A stretch of 64,000 bases of DNA, from NCBI GenBank assembly GCA_030390025.1, contig CM059431.1, forward strand, positions 100,814,001 through 100,878,000, read 5' to 3'. Below are positions 45,316 to 56,782 of this stretch, piece by piece. Positions within the stretch are counted from its first letter, which is position 1; each line of letters starts with the position of its first letter. Source of the DNA: Squalus acanthias. Its lineage: Eukaryota. The notes under the pieces are model-generated. The model was not told the origin of the DNA. It was given only the letters and a program-made list of their open reading frames with translations, and ran no database searches. Position numbers and translations under genes: made by a program.

Positions 45316-48300
45316 GGTAGCATAGTGGTGATGTCACTGGGCTAGTAATCCAGAGGCCTGGACTAATGATCCAGAGACGCGAGTTCAAATCCCACCACGA
45401 CAGCTGGGGAATTTAAATTCAGTTAATTAAATAAATCTGGAATAAAAAGCTAGTATAAGTAATGGTGATCATGAAACTACCAGATTGTCGTAAAAACCCA
45501 TATGGTTCACTAATGCCCTTTTAGGGAAGGAAATCTGCTGTCCTTACCTGGTCTGGCCTATATGTGACATTGACAGCAATGTGGTTGACTCTTAACTACC
45601 CTCTGAAATAGCCTAGCAAGCCACTCAGTTGTACACAACCATTACGAAAAACAATAATAAGAATAAAACCGGACGGACCACCCGGCATCGACCTCGGCAC
45701 TGGCTTCGGACACAACAACGGCACACCTAGCCCGGTCGACCCTGCAAAGTCCTTCTCACTAACATCTGGGAACTTGTGCCACAATTGGGAGAGCTGTCCC
45801 ACAGACTAGTCAAGCAACAGCCTGACATAGTCATACTCACAGAATCATACCTTTCAGCCAATGTCCCAGATTCCTCCATCACCATCACGATCCCTGGGTA
45901 TGTCCTATCCCACCAGCAGGACAGACCCACCAGGGGTGGTGGCACAGTGATATACAGTTGGGAGGGAGTGGCCCTGGGAGTCCTCAACATTGACTCTGGA
46001 CCCCATGCAGTCTCATGGCTTCAGGTCAAGCATGGGCAAGGAAACCTCCTGCTGATTACCACCTACTGCCCTCCCTCAGCTGATGAATCAGTCCTCCTCC
46101 ATGTTGAACACCACTTGGAAGAAGCAGTGAGAGTAGCAAGGGCACAGAATGTACTCTGGGTGGGGGGACTTCAATGTCCATCATCAAGTGGCTCGGTAGC
46201 ACCACTACTGACTGAGCTGGCCGAGTCCCTAAGGAAATAGTTACCAGACTAGGACTGCGGCAGGTGGTGAGAGAATCAACACGAGGGAAATACCTACCTG
46301 ACCTCATCCTCACCAATCTACCTGTCGCAGATGCATCTGTCCATGTCAGCATTGGTAGCAGTGACCACCGCACAGTCCTTGTGGAGATGAAGTCCCGTCT
46401 TCACACTGAGGACACCCTCCATCGTGTTGTGTGGCACTACCACTGTGCTAAATGGGATAGATTCCGAACAGATCTAGCAGCTCAAAACTGGGCATCCATG
46501 AGGCGCTGTGGGCCATCAGCAGCAGCAGAATTGTATTCCACCGCAATCTGTAAACTCATAGCCCGGCATATCCCTCACTCTACCATTACCATCAAGCCAG
46601 GGGACCAACCCTGGTTCAATGAAGTGTGCAGGAGCAGCACCAGGCGTACATAAAGATGAAGTGCCAACCTGGGGAAACTGCAACACAGGACTACATGCAT
46701 GCTAAACAGCGGAAGCAGCATGCTATAGACAGAGCTAAGTGATCCCACAATCAACGGATCAGATCAAAGCTCTGCAGTCCTGCCACATCCAGTCGTGAAT
46801 GGTGGTGGACAGTTAAACAACTAGGGGAGGAGGAGGCTCCATGAATATCCCCATCCTCAATGATGACGGAGCCCAGCACGTGAGTGCAAAAGACAAGGCT
46901 GAAGCATTTGCAACCATCTTCAGCCAGAAGTGTCGAGTGGATGATCCATATCGGCCTCCTCCTGAGGTCCCCACCATCACAGAAGTCAGTCTTCAGCCAA
47001 TTCGATTCACTCCACGTGATATCAAGTAACAGCTGAGCACACTGGATACAGCAAAGGCTATGGGCCCTGACAACAGCCCGGCTGTCATGCTGAAGACTTG
47101 TGCTCCAGAACTAGCCGTGCCTCTAGCCAAGCTGTTCCAGTACAGCTACAACACTGGCATCTACCCAACAATGTGGAAAACTGCCCAGGTATGTCCTGTC
47201 CACAAAAAGCAGGATGAATGCAACCTGGCCAATTACAACCCCTTCAGTCTACTCTCAGTCATCAGCAAAGTGATGGAAGATGTCATTGACAGTGTTATCA
47301 AGCGGCACTTACTCACCAATAACCTGCTCACTGATGGTCAGCCAAGACCACTTGGCTCCCGACCTCATTACAGCCTTGGTCCATGGACAAAGGAGCTGAA
47401 TTCCAGAGGTGAGGTGAGAGTGACTGCCCTTGATATCAAGGCAGCATTTGACCGAGTGTGGCATCAAGGAGCCCTAGTAAAACTGAAGTCAATGGGAATT
47501 GGGGGGGGAAATCTCCACTGGCTGGAGTCATACCTAGCACAAAGGAAGATGTTTGTGGTTATTGGAGGTCAATCATCTCAGCCCCAGGACATCGCTGCAG
47601 GAGTTCATCAGGGCAGTGTCCTAGGCCCAACCATCTTCAGCTGCTTCATCAATGACCTTCCCTCCATCATAAGGTCAGAACTGGGGATGTGCGCTGATGA
47701 TTGCACAGTGTTCAGTTCCACTCTCAACTCCTCAGATAATGAAGCAGTCCATGCCCGCATGCAGCAAGACCTGGACGACATTCAGGCTTGGTGGCAAGTA
47801 ACATTCACGCCACACAAGTGCCAGGCAATGACTATCTCCAACAAGCGAGAGTCCAATCACCGCCCCTTGACATTCAATGGCATTACCATTGCCGAATCCC
47901 CCACCATCAACATCCTAGGGGTCACCATTGATCAGAAACTTAACTGGACCAGCCACATAAATACTGTGGCAACAAGAGCAGGTCAGAGGCTAGGTATTCT
48001 GCAGCGAGTGTCTCACCTCCTGACTCCCCAAAGCCTTTCCACCATCTACAAGGCACAAGTCAGGAGTGTGATGGAATATTCTCCACTTGCCTGGATGAGT
48101 GCAGCTCCAACAACACTCAAGAAGCTCAACACCATCCAAGACAAAGCAGCCCGCTTGATTGGCACCCCATCCACCACCTTAAACATTCACTCCCTCCACC
48201 ACGGGTGCACCGTGGCTGCAGTGTGTACCATCTACAAGATGCACTGCAGCAACTCGCCAAGGCTTCTTTGGCAGCACCTCCCAAACCCATGACCTCTCCC

Positions 48301-48577
48301 ACCTAGAAGGACAAGGGCAGCAGGCGCATGGGAACACCAATACCTCCAAGTTCCCCTCCAAGTTACACACCATCCTGACTTGGAAATATATCACCATTCC
48401 TTCATCGTCACTGGGTCAGAATCCTGGAACTCCCTCCCGAACAGTACTGTGGGAGTACCTTCACCACAAGGACTGCAACGGTTCAAGAAGGCGGCTCACC
48501 ACCACCTTCTCGAGGGAAATTAGGGATGGGCTGGCCTTGCCAGCGACGCTCACATCCCAGGAACGAATTTTTAAAAA
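45316..48577 (+). mobile_element. Near full-length CR1-group LINE (APE endonuclease + RT, decayed) with tRNA-like 5' head
   Basis: EN motifs PDIVILTES, DRPTRGGG, DLILTN and SDH. RT motifs LDIKAAFDRVWH, GVHQGSVLGP and CADD. A-box-like TAGCATAGTGG and B box GAGTTCAAATCC at the 5' end. A-rich 3' end. Confidence 0.9.
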
Positions 48578-49065
48578 TGATCACCGTCATAGACCAGTTG
48601 GGCCGGATGGCCTGTTTCTGTGCTGTACACGCAATGTAACGCAATGTACATCAGAGTGCATTACTTAACTGAAAATTATGTCAAGAGGTCACAAGGACGA
48701 GAAATCCATTGTGACATAATCTATCCACAATTTGTCATTGCAAAGTATGCAATCTACGGAGTTTACATAGCGCTATTAGTACCATTGTGATACAAGTGCA
48801 GTCCCAAATTCTTCAGCAGTTCATGTAGATGGCACTGAGCTATATTACCTAATTGCACTGTTTTGGAGTCGGAGAAAGCAGACCTCAGTATTGTGTTCTT
48901 AAACACATGCCCACACACAGCTCTGCAATAATCTCTCTAAATTCTCATGGGTTTTTTTAAAGCAAGAAAAGGGCTAACCATCCCATTGGCTCATTGCTTT
49001 TATTAGAAACTTCGTTTGCAGTTATACTACATTTAGTCCTTTTAAGTTGTGTGTCAGTCATGGCT

Positions 49066-49374
49066 CATAGAAACATAGAAAAATAAGTAGGCCATTCGGC
49101 CCTTCGAGCCTGCTCCGCCATTCAATATGATCATGGCTGATCCTCTATCTCAATACCATATTCCCGCTCTCTCCCCATACGCCTTGATGCCTTTTGTGTC
49201 TAGAAATCTATCTATCTCCCTCTTAAATATATTCAGTGACTTGGCCTCCACAGCCTTCTGTGGTAGAGAATTCCACAGGTTCACCACCCTCTGAGTGAAG
49301 AAATTTCTCCTCATCTCAGTCCTAAATGTCCTACCCCGTATCCTGAGACTGTGACCCCTCGTTCTAGACCCCCC
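49066..49374 (-). mobile_element. CR1 3' fragment inserted into a SINE head
   Basis: ORF 49150-49386. The SINE head gtcagtcatggctc|agtgggtagcac is split around it. Confidence 0.85.
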
Positions 49375-49822
49375 AGTGGGTAGCACTCTAACCTCTGCAT
49401 TAGGAAAGTCACGAGTTCAAGTCCCCACTCCAGAGACTTGAGCACATAATCTAGGCTGACACTCCCAGTGCAGTACTGAAGGAATGCTGCACTGTCAGAG
49501 GTGCCGTCTTTTGGATGAGATGCTAAAACGAGGCCCCATCTGCTCTCTCAGGTGGACATGAAAGATCCCATGGCCACTATTTCAAAGAAGAGCAGGGGCG
49601 TTATCCCCGGTGTCCTGGGGCCAATATTTATTCCTCAACCAACATCATTAAAACAGATTATCTGGTCATTATCACATTGCTCTTTGTGGGAGCTTGCTGT
49701 GTGCAAATTGGCTGCCACGTTTCCTGCATTACAACAGTGACTACACTTCAAAAAGTGCTTCATTGGTTGTGAAGCTTTTTGGGACGTCCTGAGGTTGTGA
49801 AAGGCACTATGTAAATTTTTCT
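49375..49822 (+). mobile_element. Deu-domain tRNA SINE
   Basis: Matches 16108-16538. Confidence 0.82.
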
Positions 49823-50444
49823 TTAAAATTGGTAGATGTTTGAATGTATACTGATGGAATTATACTGCATCACCACTCAGATCAATTTGTTGCACTCGGA
49901 AAACTGTTCTTGGTTTCCTGGATATTGATATATTATTGGCACTGGCATGGTGATACATGCATATATAAACATTCATGTGCACAGTAACCCTCCAAACTGT
50001 GATGGGAAGTGGAGTGAATAAAAGTAAGTTTGCAATAAATGTTCCTCTCCCACGATGAGCTTGGTTCCTGGTGTCACGGTGTAGCAATGGTCCTCTGGCA
50101 TTCGGCTCTGCATCGGAACACAGGTAGTGTAGAATGACCTTACGGCCCGGGTGCAGCAAAAGGGGATGTGAAACAATCTCTTGGGAGAGGAGTTTACTCA
50201 GCCAGCTACAATGTGCTAAAGATTTACAGTGCTTTACCAAAGTTATCTGAATTCTAAACTCTCCTCTAATGTTTGTACGGTTATGGTCTATTAGCAGTTA
50301 AGCAGGTCTTACCAACAAAAGGAACATGTGTTCAGTGCAAGATTTTCCAAAAATTCTGAACTTTCTATTCCATTTGACAATTCAATTACTTTGCATCTAG
50401 TGGTAAAGATCCCTTAAGCCATTAGCTCTTCGGTAATGTAACCC

Positions 50445-50850
50445 ATTTAGGAACCTAGGAACAGGAGGAGGACATTGAGCCTCTCAAGCCTGTTCCGCCA
50501 TTCAATTAGATCACAGCTGATCTGTATCTTAACTCCATTTACCCACCTTGGTTCCGTAACCCTTAATACCCTTACCCAACAAAAATCGTTTTGGGGGAGA
50601 GTGTTCCAGATTTCCACCACCCTTTGTGTGAAGAAGTGCTTCCTGACATCACCCCTGAACGGCCTGGCTCTAATTTTAAGGTGATGCCCCCTTGTTCTGG
50701 ACTCCCCCCCCACCAGAGGAAGTAGTTTCTCTCTCTCTACCCTATCGAATCCTTTAATCATCTTAAACACCTCAATTAGATCACCCCTTAATCTTCTATA
50801 TTCAAGAGAATACAAGACTAGTCTATGCAACCTGTCCTCATAATTTAACC
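50445..50850 (-). mobile_element. CR1 3' fragment
   Basis: YEDRLHRLVLYSLEYRRLRGDLIEVFK...FFTQRVVEIWNTLP. Confidence 0.88.
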
Positions 50851-51309
50851 ATTGCAAAATCTTCATTTGCACTAATGTTGATGGTAGTAGCATGGCAACC
50901 ATAAAACTTAGGAACAACCGCAGTTATCTCCTCAGCTGTATTTTATGTAATATTACACTTCACGTTGGTTTCAGTTAAAACCAATGAGAAACCAAGAGAC
51001 AGGTGGTCCTACATTGCTTGAAAAATATCAAATTGATATGAGTTTGAGAGAGTTAAACTTCACTTGTATTGTTCGAATTGTTTTTGCGAAACTCAAACAG
51101 TAGTAGGACCTGCCCCATAAGTGAGCCACAATAACTCTGAGAAACAATAAACCAGTGAGGAACATTCGGAGTAATTAAATAGGAAGGTAATAAATTATGC
51201 TCAGAGAACAGCCAGACCCAGTAAGGCTGCATTTACACAACAGCAGCAACAGCACAAAGTGGTTTCGCTTCACAGCCATGTCAAAGTTTTGTACTGCAGA
51301 TCTGAAGAT

Positions 51310-52070
51310 ATAGAATCCTCCAGCACAGTGGGAGGCCATTCGGCCCATCGTGCCTGTGCCGGCTCTTTGAAAGAGCTCTCCAATTAGTCCCACTCCCCCC
51401 CTGCTCTTTCCCCATACCCCTGCAATTTTTTCCTTTTCAAGTATTTATCCAATTCCCTTTTGAAAGTTACTATTGACTCTGCTTCCACCGCCCTTTCAGG
51501 CAACGCATTCCAGATCACAACAACTCGCTGAGTAAAAAAAATTCTCCTCATCTCCCCTCTGGTTCTTTTGCCAATTATCTTAATTCTGTGTCCTCTGGTT
51601 ACCGACACCCACCTGCCACTGGAAACAGTTTCTCCTTAATTACTCTATCAAAACTCTTCAGAATTTTGAACACCTATTAAATCTCCCCTTAGCAGTCTCT
51701 GCTCTGAGGAGAACAATCCCAGCTTCTCCAGTCTCTCCAAATAACTGAAGTCCCTCATCCCTGGTACCATTCCAGTAAATCTCCTCTGCAACCCTCTCCA
51801 AGGCTTTGACATCCTTCCTAAAGTGTGGTGCCCAGAATTGGACACAATACTCCAGCTGAGGCCTAAAGCTTTAGCATTGCTTCCTTGCTTTTGTACTCTA
51901 TGCCTCTATTTATAAAGCCAGGATCCCGTAGGTTTTTTTTTTAAAAACAGCCTTATCAACTCGTCCTGCCACCTTCAAAGATTTGTGCATGTGAACCCCC
52001 AGGTCTCTCTGTTCCTTCACCCCCTTTAAAATTGTACCATTTAGTTTATATTGCCTCTCTTCATTCTTCC
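51310..52070 (-). mobile_element. CR1 3' fragment
   Basis: ORFs 51384-51608 and 51648-51845, followed by the 3' UTR. Confidence 0.85.
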
Positions 52071-53162
52071 TTCTTGCTGCTATCATGTTGGGCCCAGATT
52101 CGTATTATAATTTTAGCCTTTGTGTGGCGGAGAAACACTTTGCATGACCCTACCACTGTTGTGTAAATTCACCATAACATACCAAAAAGTACGTCGGAGG
52201 TGATAAATTGCTGTAAATATTTAAACACATATGAGCATTAAGAGGGAAGCATTAGAAGGAATATTCTTAATTAAAGGTTAGTAGAATATAGGATGCTTTA
52301 CTGCAAATGACAATGAAAGCAGAGTCAACCACAACATTTAAGAGGGAATTAGATTAACAACTGGGGGAAGAAAAATATTAAAAGGGACAGGAAGCCATGA
52401 GAGAAATGGGACTGCAGTAGATAGTTCTGGTGAAGAATCTAACAGCAGCAGCACAGGGATGAATGGCCTTCTATTGTGAAATTTGTAGGACTCTGTAAGC
52501 CAAACTGAATGTATTTAGAGTAAGCAAATCGAATAACTTAAAATATAGCAGTAATTTACATATTTTGACGAAAGCCAGGATAAGTTAAGATAGAAACATC
52601 AAAGAAGAAAATAATTCATAAATGAGTTAATAAATATACATCAGATAAAAACAGTGTTTTAATCTCCTAAAGCAGTATTTTGGTCGTTTTGAACCGCAGC
52701 TGTAATTTTAGTGATTCCTGGAAGTCAGTAATTGACAAATTTTCAATAACTTTGTGAAGCAAATGATAGCATGCTACGATCCTAACAAGCTATTAATTGA
52801 ACTACTTTATTTTTAATTTCATCTTCCGGATTTAATCAAAACTTTTGATTGTATTTTATGTGAGGTCGAAGGCTTTGTGGTTTTATACATCTTCCATCTG
52901 CAACTGTGGGGGAAAAAATTACATTTGTGTAAATTTGAATAATTCAACACAATTTAATAATAAATTGGAAAGAAATGGAAAATGGCATGAATCCTTGAAG
53001 AATAATTAAAAGCATTGTGTATGGCTCACTGAATCACTGCCTTGGCTGAAAACTGACTATTGGATTTAAAAAAAACATGAACCATCCTGGGTAACCGGTA
53101 TTTTTCTCTTATTTTTACTCCTCCTTCCCATCAAGTTGTAAAAAATCAATCTTTTTTGAGTT

Positions 53163-53577
53163 TTCAACGCCTCGATTTCAAAATTCTCATCCTTGTTTTC
53201 AAATCCCTCCATATCCTCGCCCCTCCCTATCTCTGTAATCTCCTCCAGCCCCACAACCCCCCGAGATATCTGCGCTCCTCCAATTCTGCCCTCTTGAGCA
53301 TCCCTGATTATAATCGCTCCACCATTGGCAGCCGTGCCTTCTGTTGCCTGGGCCCTAAGCTCTGGAATTCCCTCCCTAAACCTCTCCGCCTCTCCACCTC
53401 TCTCTCCTCCTTTAAAAAAGCTCCTTAAAACCTACCTCAATGACCAAGCTTTTGGTCTCCTGTCCTAGTTTCTCCTTATGTGGCTCAGTGTCAAATTTTT
53501 TGTCTTACAATACTCCTGTGCAGCACCTTGGGACATTTTACTAAGTTAAAGGCGCTATATAAATACAAGTTGTTGTC
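53163..53577 (+). mobile_element. L2 3' fragment
   Basis: ORF 53156-53428. Confidence 0.88.
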
Positions 53578-55911
53578 TGCAACAAAAAAATTCTCTATAT
53601 TTAGGACTTTTCTACCAATGCCACTCTTTGAAAACACCCCTAGTTTGGTGTGTTGTTGGGATTCTGTCTCACATTTGAACTCATGACACCTCACTCTTCT
53701 TTAAACCATACCAGTTATCAGCTCAAACCCTGCCTTGACTATCGATCTGTTCTCACTGAGTACTTGGTTCTAACAGTAGTTACCCCAGATAGTGCAGCAG
53801 GGAGATTGGTTGGTCTGGTCTGGAAGGTCTGGGACCACCTGGGGTGTCTCCCAATGGCCAGGCGCCATGATAGAAGTGACACCAGCCTTGCCCAAGATCT
53901 CCCCACCCTCGGATGTGAGTGACGTGTCTCGGGGGAGTGTCAGCAGCTCTGCTACACAAACAGCTCGCTGACATTTAACCCGGCGATTTAACGATGATAA
54001 TGGAACTTATCAATCATACATTCACAATCTCACAGCACCACACACAAACACAAACCCAGAGCAAAGAACAACAATGGGAGCAAGGACAATTGTCGGCATT
54101 TTATTCCACTAATAGTTACTTTAAAGTTTACCTTATTTATTCCTTAATGAAAATATCACTTTACAGATTTTCAATTAAATTTCCCGAATCAACGAAAATC
54201 CTCTGTTGGTTTCCATCGCATACCAAACTAGAAGTGTAATTAACTCAGGAGAGATAACAGAGTATAAAGTGAAGCTTGTACCAGTCCTATACAGAAACAC
54301 CCCTTAAAAAAATTATACAGTAATTGTCAACCTAATTCGATTCACAATATATTACATAATAAACAAATTTATAGTGAATTTCCTTTGATGTGAAAATTTC
54401 ACCTGGTAAATATCCTGCAGTTAATTGCACTATTTACTGTGTAACATGCATTTCTAATCTGACATCCTGAATAACCTCTTTCTCTATTACTGTGTATTGT
54501 ACATCAGCACGAAAGAAATGTATTTGCAAATCTTTTCTCACCAAAGGCAGGTTAGGTGGGCGGTATGTTAATTTTGACTCACTTACATTAAGGAAATAGA
54601 TAAATGCGTGCACTAATGTGCAGGCACTCTGTTTCCATTAGAATCTCCCTCCCTCCAATTCTGCCTACAATGACGTGACATGTTTCTCTTAAACTTCTTG
54701 GTAAGAAATAACAACTTGCATTTATATAGCGCCTTAACTAGTGGAACGTCCCGTGGCGCTTAAAAAAAATCCCACAAACATAACTCACAACCGCCACAGC
54801 AAGAACACAACCAGATCTGCGCCAGAAATTCCTCAACCTAGAAGAAAGTGTAACCGCGGCGTGTTGATGAAAGTGACAAGGTTGCAACACTTTTCCTAAA
54901 TGGCCGCAATTTTAGAAGTGACTGGGCTGTCTCTCCCTTTAATAGTGAAATGATTTGTGGTCCAGATTTACTGCTTCTGTCTGCACGAATTGTGTAAATC
55001 CTAATCGGCGGCCTGTTAGTTTGCCTGCCATCACCGGATTACATTCAGGGCGCAAGCCTGTATTCATTTCAAATACAAGAGAATCAGTAATAAATGGACC
55101 TTAGAAAGGTCTTGCCTCCCTTTCTCTGTGTGCTTTTTTTTTGGCGAGCATCAGTCGGGAAACTTCAGAGGAGAAGGCGCTTGCGCGGTTCAAGGAGGGA
55201 CCGTTTCCAGAAAGTGTTGGCTGGTTCCTGCATCTTGTGCGAAAACGAGACTCGGTATAAAGTTCAAGGCCGCAAATAGGCAACCTGAAGAGCCACTAAA
55301 ATAAACCGCAAGAACCGGCGACATGTCCCGATGACCCAGTGAATAAATGCACCAAGAACTACACAAGGGATAAACAATTCTAATACAATTCTGAAATCCA
55401 GACAGAACAGACGAGATGTTCAAGCAACCAACATGTATCCATCGACCTTATTGTGGGATCCCAAGTACCATGCAAAACCCAACAAGCTCTCCCCACCCCG
55501 AACCCAGAGACAGTCAACTCTCTCCACTTATTCAAAATTGCAAAAACAGAAGCAGTACCATCAACATCAAACGATCTAAACAAGAACACAATAGACCACA
55601 CACAACTAACTACCTCATCAAAATACAATCAGACGAGCCATCACAATAACCAAAACAAACACACAGCCAATCCAACAAGAGCAAAACCGGAACACATCCA
55701 ACACAGCCACTCACAGCCAAAGCACGCTGTCCGCCCAACGGGAACACAATCCGAACACACGAAACAAGCTCAACAATATCGCGCATGCAGCCATCCCAAC
55801 CAGAGGACAACCTCAACCCGCACACCCATCCCAATAAGAACAAAACTGGAACAGTCACATAACCCCAGCAGTGAGACACCAACTAAAGCAAGCCAAAGGT
55901 AAAGCAGCCTG

Positions 55912-56523
55912 AACACACAACCATCTCCACAGGAACACACCAAACACACAACCGTCTCCACAAGGTCACACCAAACAAAGGACCATCTCCACAAGGTCAC
56001 ACCAAACACGGAACCATCTCCACAGGAACACACCAAACACACAACCATCTCCACAAGGTCACACCAAACAAAGGACCATCTCCACAAGGTCACAACAAAC
56101 AAAGGACCATCTCCACAAGGTCACAACAAACACACAACCATCTCCACAAGGTCACACCAAACACACAACCATCTCCACAAGGTCACACCAAACACGGAAC
56201 CATCTCCACAAGGTCACAGCAACCACACAACCATCTCCACAAGGTCACACCAAACACACAACCATCTCCACAAGGTCACACCAAACACGGAACCATCTCC
56301 ATAGGAACACCAAACACGGAACTATCTCCACAAGGTCACACCAAACACGGAACCATCTCCACAGGAACACCAAACACGGAACCATCTCCACAGGAACACC
56401 AAACACGGAACCATCTCCACAGGAACACCAAACACGGAACCATCTCCACAGGAACACCAAACACGGAACCATTTCCACAGGAACACCAAACACGGAACCA
56501 TCTCCACAGGAACACCAAACACA
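55912..56523. repeat. Minisatellite, 29/31-bp units (CCAAACACGGAACCATCTCCACAGGAACA / ...CACAAGGTCACA), ~20 copies
   Basis: Direct periodicity with two unit types. Confidence 0.93.
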
Positions 56524-56614
56524 GAGCTAGCTCAACCAAAGATTCTGTTAAATTAACATTCTGTCCCCGTTTAAGTTTTAACACGTATTTTGAATTAATA
56601 GTCCACACGCAATA

Positions 56615-56782
56615 TTCACAGAATCCCACAATGCAGATAGAGGCCATTTCGGCCCATCGAGCCTGCACCGACACATATCCCACCCTATCCCCGTAACCCC
56701 ACGTATTTAATCCCCCTAATCCCCCTAACACTAAGGGTCAATTTATCATAGCCAAATCAACCTAACCCGCACATCTTTGGAC
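56615..56782 (-). mobile_element. HE1-type (V-SINE) 3' fragment
   Basis: The minus strand reads agtccaaagatgtgcgggttagg...ctcgatgggccgaaatggcct, a CR1-like tail. Confidence 0.7.

Noticed and set aside
55453..55902. 149-aa Thr/Gln/His-rich ORF
   Set aside because: Explained by A/C compositional skew next to a minisatellite, with no domain or splice support.
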